This document shows positions 47,821-60,462 of a DNA stretch of 64,000 nt, one piece after another. The translations under genes were made by a program, and so were the position numbers. The stretch is from NCBI GenBank assembly GCA_031546965.1, contig JAVBJR010000595.1, positions 7,041 to 71,040 on the forward strand, given 5' to 3'. The first letter of the stretch is position 1. Each line of letters starts with the position of its first letter. Below the pieces are notes generated by a model, which made no database searches, had not been told where the DNA came from, and worked only from the letters and a program-made list of their open reading frames with translations. The DNA is from Dysgonomonas sp. (GTDB taxonomy: Bacteria > Bacteroidota > Bacteroidia > Bacteroidales > Dysgonomonadaceae).

Positions 47821-49116
47821 CTATTTCCGCCGTATTACATTTATATCTCCTGCCTCTTTGTAATGCTTACCTTCGGAGCCAAGTGCGTCTATGGCATAAA
47901 AGTATACTCCTGTATTTACATACCTTCCATTGTATTTTCCGTCCCATCCTTGTGCGGGATCAGTCCATTCATAAAGTTTATTTCCCCATCGGTTGAAAAT
48001 AGTACATTTGAATTTGACCAACGATTTGTACGTAACTTTAAATACTCTAGCTTCTTCGCTGTTTGCATCGGGAATTAAAATATTAGGTATTTTAAGTTCC
48101 GATTCGGAGATCGACAGTTGCACATTTGCAGTATCGGCACAAACAGAACTTCCATCGGCTACTTCTAATACCACTTTAAATGTTCCGGCATTATTGAATG
48201 TATATTTTATATTTTTATCCGTATAACGAACAATGGGGTTTTGCATATCCTTTGTATTGTAAATAAACCACGTATAAAAACGAGCTGTGGGTTCGTTTCC
48301 ATATCCCGAAAAAGTAACTTCCGCAGGAGCAGATCCTCCCAACTCAACCGGTTTCAGATTAGCATCAAGTTGTACGGCATCCACAAAGGCTTTGGTTCTC
48401 ACGGCTATATAGTTTCTACTCTCTATAAAAATGTTCAGCCCAAAATGTTCGGCAAACTGGTCGCCGCTTAATGTAAACTTGGTGTCCATAAAGGGAGCAT
48501 CAATTGTTCTGTCGATACCAATATCAACCGGACCTATTGTTTTGGTTTCGGGTTTAAATTCTTTCGTTTTTCCATCCAAATCAGGATATTCTATTGTGTA
48601 TTTTCTGATTATTGAGTACTTGCCGCCGGTGGTTGCATAATAGGGTAAATCGTCCGATTTGTCAATTAATAATTTAAGATAGTCACATTTATCTTCTCCC
48701 TCCGAAGGTTGAATAGAATTTAGTTTGGGCAGATGTCGGCTATAGTCAATTATCCATATCACGGCATTATTTGTTCCATTTACTTCGGCAAAATATCCTT
48801 TGGAATCTTCGAGATTAGTAATTGTATAGGTGGTACTATTTCCACTGATGCTTGTGGTTATATCAGAATAGGGTATCAGTACCTTGTCGGACAGAGATTG
48901 TGTATACTTATAAAAACGCACAACAGCAGCACTGGAGGTATAGGAAATGGATGCTCCCGAAAAAGTATTGAGAAGGTAAATCTTAGAAATACCTGTACCT
49001 CCCAGTGCATCAGTATATTCAGCGGGTTTTCCTCCAATCCCACCCGACACGGTATATTGTGCCCATGATGTAATCGAAAATACAAATAAAAGTAAGCTGG
49101 TGAGAAGATATTTCAT
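47821..49116 (-). CDS. Secreted protein with PKD domain and gliding-motility-associated (T9SS type B, CHU_C-like) C-terminal domain
   Basis: Signal peptide; YTFNNAGTFKVVL (PKD); IFNRWG.KLYEW....QGWDGKYNG....GVYFY.I.A.G.....Y...GDINVIR. Confidence 0.85.
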   Translation of the reverse strand: MKYLLTSLLLFVFSITSWAQYTVSGGIGGKPAEYTDALGGTGISKIYLLNTFSGASISYTSSAAVVRFYKYTQSLSDKVLIPYSDITTSISGNSTTYTITNLEDSKGYFAEVNGTNNAVIWIIDYSRHLPKLNSIQPSEGEDKCDYLKLLIDKSDDLPYYATTGGKYSIIRKYTIEYPDLDGKTKEFKPETKTIGPVDIGIDRTIDAPFMDTKFTLSGDQFAEHFGLNIFIESRNYIAVRTKAFVDAVQLDANLKPVELGGSAPAEVTFSGYGNEPTARFYTWFIYNTKDMQNPIVRYTDKNIKYTFNNAGTFKVVLEVADGSSVCADTANVQLSISESELKIPNILIPDANSEEARVFKVTYKSLVKFKCTIFNRWGNKLYEWTDPAQGWDGKYNGRYVNTGVYFYAIDALGSEGKHYKEAGDINVIRRK

Positions 49117-49383
49117 TTTGTGAATTATAAAACATAAATGTGCAAAAAAAAAGCTTACTTGCCAAATTTTAGAAATATTTTGTCACCCAAAACTCGGGTT
49201 ACGAAAAATTAGAAATAAGGCACACATCCTATACTAAATAATTAATCACCAATAAAACAATTAGTTATAGGTGACAAAACAACAGTTTATGTTCTATATT
49301 TTCGTTCTACTTTTTTGTATAATCTTTAGGCAATATTTCGAACTGTTTATAGAAGCATTTTCTAAAATAAGAATTTGATTATT

Positions 49384-49410
49384 GGACAGACCACATAGGT
49401 CTGCCCTAAC
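49384..49410. repeat. Degenerate GTAG-type REP
   Basis: GGACAGACCACATAGGTCTGCCCTAAC. Confidence 0.5.
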
Positions 49411-49442
49411 AATCAAAATTACACCATTGAAAATACTTTCAT

Positions 49443-51251
49443 TTATTTCTTTAAAGAATTACATACTTCTTGGTTAACTTGACGAAGACGTACCTCATCT
49501 AACTTAACAACCTCGCGGTCATAAGTCATCAAGCCATTTATTTCACCTTCAATATCTGTTGCTTGAGTATAAACAGCAGCAGAGAATCCTGCTTTTATCA
49601 ATCTTTTCAGAATTTCGGCATAGTTTATATATTCGTCTGTTGCTTCTTTCGAATTTCTGAATCCGACATATCCCCAGCTTTTGGAAGGATCCCACATATG
49701 CCTATCTATCGCAAGAGCTATTCCTCCATATCCGCCTAATACTGTGGCTCTTTGAGTATCATACATGCTAAGTATAGGAACTGGATAAGCGAAAAAATCG
49801 AGTATATCGCCTGTATGAAAATGATTGCCACCGGCTGCAGGATTCACCAAACGCGACGGATCGTATGTTTTAGTCCATTCAGCAGTTTCTACCGTTCTGA
49901 ATTGTCCCCAAGCTGTATTAAATGGAATCCATGTTACGATAGAAGGATATGACACAAGACAATCAATTATCTCTTCCCATTCTTTGTAGAAGTTTGTTTC
50001 CGATTCAGCCGAACGAACAAGTTCTTCACCATTAAAATACTGATTGAATTGCAATTGAGACGCTCTATCGCCGCTAGGCATATCTTGCCAAACTAACATT
50101 CCTATCCGGTCGCAATGTGTGTACCAACGAGCAGGTTCTACTTTCATATGTTTGCGGATCATATTAAATCCGAAGTCTTTTGTTTTCTGAATGTCATATA
50201 TCAAAGCTTCGTCTGTTGGAGCAGTATATAATCCGTCGGGCCACCAACCTTGATCGAGCGGTCCAAATTGAAAATAGTCTTTGTTGTTTAACTGTAAACG
50301 TACAATTCCATCCTTGTCTTTTTGGGTCGAAATTTTACGCATGGCTGCATAACTCTTCACTTTGTCAACCAATTTTCCTTTGTCATACAGATTAACTTCA
50401 AGATCATATAAGAAAGGAGATTCGGGCGACCACAACTTCACACCAGATATAGGGATACTCAATTGTTCACCCACTGCTTTCTTTACTTGGGCTACAGTAG
50501 ACGAACCGTTTTTCACTATTACTTCGACCATATCGGCAGAGGTAGTTTTTTCGGTAGCAATATCTATGGATAGTTTTTTAGTATCTATGTTAGGAATCGT
50601 TTTTATTGATGATATATATTTAGCATTCACAGGCTCCAACCAAACGGTTTGCCAAATACCCGAAACGGGTGTATACCAAATACCTTCGGGTCGTATACTC
50701 TGTTTTCCTACAGGTTGAAAACTCTCATTTGTAGGATCCCACACTTTTACGACCAACGTTTGGTTGTCTGATGTAAGAAAAGGAGTTATATCAAACGAAA
50801 AGGGAGTATAACCACCTGTATGGCTTCCTACTTTGACATTGTTGAGGTATACTTCGGTTTTCCAATCCACTGCGCCAAAGTGCAATAGGATGGTTTGGTT
50901 TTTCCAATCGGTCGGAATGGTAAACGAACGCTTATACCATAAATTTTTCTCTTTTCCGAGTGATTTCTGAACTCCCGAAAGGCTCGATTCTACGGCAAAC
51001 GGAACAAGTATCTTACCATCGTATTTTTGAGGTTCGCTTTGTCCGGTAGGTAATATGGCATACTCCCACAATCCGTTGAGGTTTGTCCAATCCTGACGTT
51101 CCATTATAGGACGCGGATACTCGGGCAAAACGCTATTTACATCAATGGTTTGTGCCCATTTTGTCTTTATTTTATCTCCCATCGGTTTCCATTGAGCAAA
51201 CAGTCCGATGCAAGAAATGATCATTGAGAATAATAAAATTTTTCTTTTCAT
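49443..51251 (-). CDS. GH2 family protein, both catalytic Glu substituted
   Basis: PEYPRP, LNGLWEY, LHFGAVDW, LDQGWWPDG, FNMIRKH..VEP; WIPFNTAWG (normally NE) and VLGGYGG (normally GEYGG). Confidence 0.9.
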   Translation of the reverse strand: MKRKILLFSMIISCIGLFAQWKPMGDKIKTKWAQTIDVNSVLPEYPRPIMERQDWTNLNGLWEYAILPTGQSEPQKYDGKILVPFAVESSLSGVQKSLGKEKNLWYKRSFTIPTDWKNQTILLHFGAVDWKTEVYLNNVKVGSHTGGYTPFSFDITPFLTSDNQTLVVKVWDPTNESFQPVGKQSIRPEGIWYTPVSGIWQTVWLEPVNAKYISSIKTIPNIDTKKLSIDIATEKTTSADMVEVIVKNGSSTVAQVKKAVGEQLSIPISGVKLWSPESPFLYDLEVNLYDKGKLVDKVKSYAAMRKISTQKDKDGIVRLQLNNKDYFQFGPLDQGWWPDGLYTAPTDEALIYDIQKTKDFGFNMIRKHMKVEPARWYTHCDRIGMLVWQDMPSGDRASQLQFNQYFNGEELVRSAESETNFYKEWEEIIDCLVSYPSIVTWIPFNTAWGQFRTVETAEWTKTYDPSRLVNPAAGGNHFHTGDILDFFAYPVPILSMYDTQRATVLGGYGGIALAIDRHMWDPSKSWGYVGFRNSKEATDEYINYAEILKRLIKAGFSAAVYTQATDIEGEINGLMTYDREVVKLDEVRLRQVNQEVCNSLKK

Positions 51252-51290
51252 TCTTATTGTTGTTTTTATAGTTACAGTTAATAGTTAATA

Positions 51291-51314
51291 GTAGAGACGC
51301 AATGCTTTGCGTCT
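51291..51314. repeat. GTAG-type REP preceded by AGTTAAT repeats
   Basis: GTAGAGACGCAATGCTTTGCGTCT; upstream ATAGTTACAGTTAATAGTTAATA. Confidence 0.8.
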
Positions 51315-51330
51315 AAGCAATTATCGAATT

Positions 51331-52335
51331 TCAAAATGTTGGATTTGGTGCTGATAAAGAAGGGCTTCCATCGCCAATATGAGGCCAATTGTTAGTATCC
51401 CATTTTACTTGGTCGAGAAGTAAAATTCGACCTTTCGGGTTCTTTATATCAACACCGTGATAGAATATCCAATCGTTACCCGCCTCATCCTTTACTATTT
51501 CGGAACAATGTCCGTTTCCTACAAACCGGCTATTGCTGTTGATAACTATATCATAACCATTATTGAGCATACTTTTTCCGCTTTTATCAGTATAAGTTCC
51601 CAATAACGATTTTGACCTACCTACCACCAATTTGTAAGTACTCTTCACCCCTTCGCAACAGCTTCCGACAGAGGCAAACATATAATAGTAATTGCCTTTT
51701 TTATAGATGTAAGTACCTTCAAATGCAGTACCTGCAATTTTTTTCTTTTTGGCTCCTTTTTTTAAAGTAAGTCCGTCGTTACTAAGTTCAATAGCATAGA
51801 TACCTCTGAAGCTACCCCAAAACAAATACTTCTTTCCACCGTCTTCTATATAGACAGGGTCTATCGAATTGGTTACGCCAATTTCATTACTTCTGAAAAG
51901 CTTTCCTTTGTCGGTAAAAGGTCCTGCCGGACTATCGGCAACAGCTACCCCAATGCCACAGGTTTGTTCACCTCCCCAAACCGACATCGAATAATAAAGA
52001 ACGTATTTGCCATTAACAGAATTAATATCGGGAGCCCAAAGCCCTCCTTTCGGTTCGAAAGTAGGACGGCTGCTGTCTGTAAAAGCTGTTCCTACAAAGC
52101 TCCAATTTACCAAATCTTTCGATTTATAGATGGGCATATTACGCATATCCTCTGTAGCATACAGGTAAAAGTATCCATCGTTTGCTTTTATGATGGAAGG
52201 ATCGGGCAAGCTTCGTGCTACCACCGGATTGGAGTATGTACCCGATTGGGGAGAAGGAGCCGGCTCATTATTTTGTGCAAAGCAAGTGCCTAAACTAACT
52301 GCCACAACAAATAAGAATAGAAGTTTTTTTTTCAT
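51331..52335 (-). CDS. GH43 family glycoside hydrolase, secreted
   Basis: LPDPS (base), WAPD, SIDP (pKa modulator), FEGT (acid), GNGH. Confidence 0.92.
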   Translation of the reverse strand: MKKKLLFLFVVAVSLGTCFAQNNEPAPSPQSGTYSNPVVARSLPDPSIIKANDGYFYLYATEDMRNMPIYKSKDLVNWSFVGTAFTDSSRPTFEPKGGLWAPDINSVNGKYVLYYSMSVWGGEQTCGIGVAVADSPAGPFTDKGKLFRSNEIGVTNSIDPVYIEDGGKKYLFWGSFRGIYAIELSNDGLTLKKGAKKKKIAGTAFEGTYIYKKGNYYYMFASVGSCCEGVKSTYKLVVGRSKSLLGTYTDKSGKSMLNNGYDIVINSNSRFVGNGHCSEIVKDEAGNDWIFYHGVDIKNPKGRILLLDQVKWDTNNWPHIGDGSPSLSAPNPTF

Positions 52336-52347
52336 CGTATTAAACCT

Positions 52348-54363
52348 TTATTTTTTCTTATAATTAAAATAATTTTCTACCCGATCGGGGCTAAGCATTT
52401 GCCACAGCGAAGCCACTGTCCAACCCGGAGCAAAGATATCATTGTAAAAGCCTTTTCCGTTTTTACCATAGTCCCAATTGGTATGCTGTACAACTTCGGG
52501 GTAATATCCAACCTTACCTATGTCAAACATGTGTCCTTTAACAGGCATCAATTGAAGCATCGAACTTTTGATTACAGCCGAAAATTGAGAGAATCGAGGC
52601 TCGTTACGTTCTTTTGCCAACCAATTTAAAACGGTTGCAAACTCAAAAATAAACACATCAACGTGATTGTTTTCGACCGATACATTTCCCCAACCTCTCG
52701 ATTTGAAGTTTACATCGCCCAACATCTGCCCTTGTGCAAAAGGTACATCCCACATATAGTACCACGAAAGGCTAAAGTAGGCAGCTTGTTTACTCAAATC
52801 GATATAATGTTGTTGTTCTTTTCCTTTTGACACCATTGCCATATAATACATAGCAGTAGAGGCATATAGAGATGCTTCTTTGTCTTCGCAGTTGGCATCT
52901 AAGGTCGACGAGAAATAGTCGGCTTTAGAAACCAGTTCTTTCTCCAAATAGACGGCTGTGCTTTTGGCACTCTCTAAGTACGATTTGTTATTGAAATAAG
53001 TATAAGCCATTGTCAATGGCAGGGTTGCCGACGGAGTACTGCCTCCCGACTCATCTACAATTTTGAAATTGTCGTCAAATTTACGAGGAAAGCTACCGTT
53101 TGCTTCTTGTAATTTAAGGAAATTGTCCAACAAGGTTTTTATTTTGGTTTCCCACTCGGTATGCTTACGACCTTTTCTTTTTTCGTATTCAAGGTAGTTC
53201 AACAAGGCAAAAGCTCCTTCAGACTGGCGGCGTATGCTGTATACTTTTGTTTCATCATTATGATTGTAATCTACAAACTCACGGAAGAAACCCGAAGGTG
53301 TAAAACCATATTGTAGGTAACTATCGAATATCGAATTTGCTTTTGCTACCAAATCGGGCTTATTATTTGCTTCGCCATACTCCAGTGCATTAAAGGCATT
53401 GAGTAATACACGTCCCACAAAACCAACTTCAACAGAACCTGTACTTTCGCAATCGTCGGTACGCATGTGTACTCCCGAAAAATATTTCAGGTCGTATTTA
53501 TTAACATAGCTTTCGGTGAAAAAATTAGAAAGAGTTGCTTTGGCATCAGCTGTCGATAAATGGTCTTTTACTTCTTGAGGTCTCAAGGTATCGAACGAAT
53601 AATTCCAAACAGAAGCTACGAATTTAGAGAAATTTTCTGCTTTGCTCTTCCTTATTTCCCAAACAAGTTGACGGGTTTCGCCTTTTTCCAACTTTTCGAA
53701 AGCTTGCACAGCAGGAGCTAAAGTCAACTTACGTATATACGTTTTAGGTGCTTCGGCATATGGAAAACCAAAAACAAGTGCCGATTGTCCCCCCTGATTA
53801 CGGAATCCTGTAAATCCTAAGGATGTTTTACCCGATAGAATAATTTCGCCTTGACTATGACATGCTAAGCTTTCGTTCTTAAAATCGTCTCTACGCAATA
53901 CGGTGTAATAAGCCCCGGTTTTTTCGTTGAAAATTCCGGTTAATGGTGTACTCAAACGGTCTTCTCTCACCTGCCAGCTATCGCTTGTGTAGAACGATGG
54001 TGCTTCTTTGGGCGACCTTAGATTGCGTCTGTACCAAAATCCGGGCATATAAAACTGGCAATCGTTGTGACTCATGGTTGTATTATAACTTTCTTCGAAA
54101 TTATAATATACTACCTCTTTTGCTTTGATGGTGATCGTTAATACCAGTGAAGAATCATTTTCTACCGTCTGTTCTTTTATTTCTACGGGTATATTTTGAG
54201 TAGATGACAAAATACCATTCTGTGCCTGCAACGGATATGATATTGCCGGATTTCCGGGAGTTTTTAAGGTTATTTGTCGCCCCAGTTTATCATTCATATT
54301 GGCAGCATGAGTCAACCCGATAGAGGTAATAAATAACGTAAATAGTAATAATCTTTTTTTCAT
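52348..54363 (-). CDS. Secreted hypothetical protein, 671 aa, candidate glycoside hydrolase
   Basis: Signal peptide; beta-rich N-terminal half and helical C-terminal half; sits between two GH43 genes with a 12-nt gap to the next gene. No family recognised. Confidence 0.8.
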   Translation of the reverse strand: MKKRLLLFTLFITSIGLTHAANMNDKLGRQITLKTPGNPAISYPLQAQNGILSSTQNIPVEIKEQTVENDSSLVLTITIKAKEVVYYNFEESYNTTMSHNDCQFYMPGFWYRRNLRSPKEAPSFYTSDSWQVREDRLSTPLTGIFNEKTGAYYTVLRRDDFKNESLACHSQGEIILSGKTSLGFTGFRNQGGQSALVFGFPYAEAPKTYIRKLTLAPAVQAFEKLEKGETRQLVWEIRKSKAENFSKFVASVWNYSFDTLRPQEVKDHLSTADAKATLSNFFTESYVNKYDLKYFSGVHMRTDDCESTGSVEVGFVGRVLLNAFNALEYGEANNKPDLVAKANSIFDSYLQYGFTPSGFFREFVDYNHNDETKVYSIRRQSEGAFALLNYLEYEKRKGRKHTEWETKIKTLLDNFLKLQEANGSFPRKFDDNFKIVDESGGSTPSATLPLTMAYTYFNNKSYLESAKSTAVYLEKELVSKADYFSSTLDANCEDKEASLYASTAMYYMAMVSKGKEQQHYIDLSKQAAYFSLSWYYMWDVPFAQGQMLGDVNFKSRGWGNVSVENNHVDVFIFEFATVLNWLAKERNEPRFSQFSAVIKSSMLQLMPVKGHMFDIGKVGYYPEVVQHTNWDYGKNGKGFYNDIFAPGWTVASLWQMLSPDRVENYFNYKKK

Positions 54364-54411
54364 GTTTTATTGTATGTTCTTTTAAGTATATCAAATTTAT
54401 AGGGTATTTCT

Positions 54412-54485
54412 GTAGGGGCAGGGCTCTGCTCTGCCCGTAAAATTACAGTATTTGGTCTGTGGGTGGGGTAAAACCCCACCCCTAC
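54412..54485. repeat. Inverted GTAG-type REP doublet
   Basis: GTAGGGGCAGGGCTCTGCTCTGCCC (54412-54436) and GGGTGGGGTAAAACCCCACCCCTAC (54461-54485). Confidence 0.8.
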
Positions 54486-54495
54486 AAAGGGTGTG

Positions 54496-55467
54496 CTATT
54501 TTACTTCTTGAGGTACTATTATATTGCCTCCTATTTTCATAACAGGCGTTGCATCGTTGGTAAAAGAGACATCTGTTATATACATCAGGCGTGGATGTAT
54601 ATTCTCCTTATCGTGATGGGCATGAAATACCATTCGCAGTCTGCCTTTCTTATCTTTAAATATCGCACTGTGTCCCACACCTACAAGATTGCCGGGTTTC
54701 TGAAAAATGGGATTCTTATCGTACTTTGTCCAAGGACCCATAGGCGAAGAAGCTGTTGCATAACCTACCCCATAGTTTTGGCTTTGATAATCGTTTGCCG
54801 AATAAATCATATAGTAAGTGTCCTTGTGTTTTACGATAAAAGAACCTTCGGTAACCCGTCCTAAATCGTTTTCCCACTTTTCGGTCACATGTACACAGGG
54901 TTTCATGGTTTCTTTCTTCATTGTTTTCAGATCGGATTCCATTTGGGCTACCCAAATATTATTGCCATCCGTGAAGCGTACAAACGAGAGGTATGCTTTG
55001 CCGTTGTCGTCTATAAAAAGCGAATTATCGATACATTTTTCGCTTTCTATAATTGGTTTTTGTACCTCTTGACGAAAAGGTCCTGTGGGTGAGTCGGAAG
55101 TAGCAACGCTTATATGCTCCTCAACCGAATAATACATGTAGAATTTTTTGCTCTGTGGAATGTAATATACTTCGGGAGCCCAAAACCATTTGTCGCCCCA
55201 CGAATCGTTTTTATGCAATGCTAAAGTCGGTTGTTTTTTCCAGCTAATAAGGTCATTGGATGTATATACAACAATACCGTCTTTATCATCCGTTCCATAG
55301 GCATAATAAGTATTGTTATGCAACATGATGAAAGGATCGCCTAAAGCAACCGGGTGTTCTAAATTAGTAACAATCTCTCCTTTTGGGGATGTAGAAACTT
55401 TATTGCTATTGCAAGATGCTAAGATTATAGTCAGAAGAGTAAAAAGGATGCCTTTTAATATTTTCAT
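54496..55467 (-). CDS. GH43 family glycoside hydrolase, lipoprotein
   Basis: Lipobox LASC; LGDPF, WAPE, CIDN, VTEG, GVGH. Confidence 0.92.
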   Translation of the reverse strand: MKILKGILFTLLTIILASCNSNKVSTSPKGEIVTNLEHPVALGDPFIMLHNNTYYAYGTDDKDGIVVYTSNDLISWKKQPTLALHKNDSWGDKWFWAPEVYYIPQSKKFYMYYSVEEHISVATSDSPTGPFRQEVQKPIIESEKCIDNSLFIDDNGKAYLSFVRFTDGNNIWVAQMESDLKTMKKETMKPCVHVTEKWENDLGRVTEGSFIVKHKDTYYMIYSANDYQSQNYGVGYATASSPMGPWTKYDKNPIFQKPGNLVGVGHSAIFKDKKGRLRMVFHAHHDKENIHPRLMYITDVSFTNDATPVMKIGGNIIVPQEVK

Positions 55468-55826
55468 GGTTTCAGGTTTATTTTTTCAGGTTCGATTTTT
55501 TTGGTAAATCAAACATAGTAAAAAAAATATTAAATAAATACTACTATTCATAAAATGGTTAGTATGTGCTATCCTTTGACATAATAGTGCTATTTTAAAC
55601 TCACGCAACTTGCTGTTTTACTAAAATATACAAATGTCTGATTCTAAAGATTTGATGTTTAAATTTTCGTTAAAACAACATTAATATCTTTAATATAAGG
55701 ATACTTTATAAAACAATTTGGCAAATAAAGCGTCTACATAATATAGAGTGTATATATCACCAATAGAGTATGTATATTACTCGAGCAACCGAAACTCACA
55801 TACCCTTAAATTTAAAATATAAAGTT

Positions 55827-56129
55827 ATGAATAAGATTATTGCTATATTGACTAAGAAAGGGCGTTTAAGTAGTGGTATTCAAGAAGATGCCGATTTGAA
55901 TATATTCAAATTAGAAGAAGACAAGGTTATTGGATACGAAAAAGTTAAGATAGAAAACAAAGAGCAAAGCCATTTCTTTTCGCTGTTGATGAACAAAAAG
56001 ATAAACCTGTTATACATAGACTCTTTGACCAATGATCTGAAAAATTTAATGGAAAGATTTGGTATCACCATCAGATTTAAAGAAGAATGTGAGGATGACA
56101 AATTTCTCAATGCGTTTATATTTTCATAG
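55827..56129 (+). CDS. Small hypothetical protein (100 aa), weak NifX/NifB-like pattern
   Basis: Only sizeable ORF in the gap, followed by a terminator; start moved to ATG 55827 after an AT-rich leader. Confidence 0.7.
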   Translation: MNKIIAILTKKGRLSSGIQEDADLNIFKLEEDKVIGYEKVKIENKEQSHFFSLLMNKKINLLYIDSLTNDLKNLMERFGITIRFKEECEDDKFLNAFIFS

Positions 56130-56150
56130 CTACAGGCATTCACTCCTAAT

Positions 56151-56188
56151 AAAAAGCAAGCTTCTCAATTTGAGAAGCTTGCTTTTTT
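56151..56188. terminator. Bidirectional terminator
   Basis: AAAAAGCAAGCTTCTCA / TGAGAAGCTTGCTTTTT perfect stem. Confidence 0.85.
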
Positions 56189-56196
56189 TATCTACC

Positions 56197-59841
<3,645 letters not shown>

Positions 59842-59919
59842 TTATTATTATTAAATAGACCATCTAAAGCAGAGTATTTTAGTTTTAAGTTTATAATTGC
59901 CCTCTTTTAGTTTCAAAAT

Positions 59920-60444
59920 CTATAGGTAATTGCGATGTTTTCTCTTTCTTCTGAATCCTTTTTGGGTAGTTTGTGTCTTAAAATTATCAGAAGAGACACT
60001 AATGTTACCATCTGCTTCGAGCATCGCCAAATCAACATCCTTAATATCGGCTACACCATGTTCGCGAACAGCCTCCATCAGTTCGTTGGTTGTTATCTGA
60101 GATTTGCGGAGGTTTTGGTCTTTTATATGACCCTTATAAACTAATAAAACCGGATTACCCTGTATCCACTTTTGTACACTGGAAAACTTGTAGAAAAAAT
60201 ATTTAAGAATATAATTAGCAATAAACAGGGTCGAAGCAGCCACCAATCCTCCCGAAAGTGAAGTGTTAGACCCAACCATTGCATTTTGCACAGCATTACT
60301 TATCAGTAATACAAAAACAAGATCGGGAACACTCAATTGTGCCAATTCTTTTTTACCAAACAGTCGCAATCCTACTATGATAAATACATAAACGACAAAA
60401 GAACTTACAATAATAGCCCAGTTTTGAGATAAAATATCCATCAT
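59920..60444 (-). CDS. DUF421 / YetF family membrane protein
   Basis: GLRLFGKKELAQLS..DLVFVLLISNAVQ, G.PVLLVYKG, ELMEAVREHG, AMLEADGNISV. Confidence 0.9.
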   Translation of the reverse strand: MMDILSQNWAIIVSSFVVYVFIIVGLRLFGKKELAQLSVPDLVFVLLISNAVQNAMVGSNTSLSGGLVAASTLFIANYILKYFFYKFSSVQKWIQGNPVLLVYKGHIKDQNLRKSQITTNELMEAVREHGVADIKDVDLAMLEADGNISVSSDNFKTQTTQKGFRRKRKHRNYL

Positions 60445-60462
60445 TAGCTTTTTTATATCCGT

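Noticed and set aside
49144-49152. A9 tract as a slipped-strand phase-variable promoter
   Set aside because: Changing tract length would not create a TAnnTTTG box; A-runs are common in this genome.
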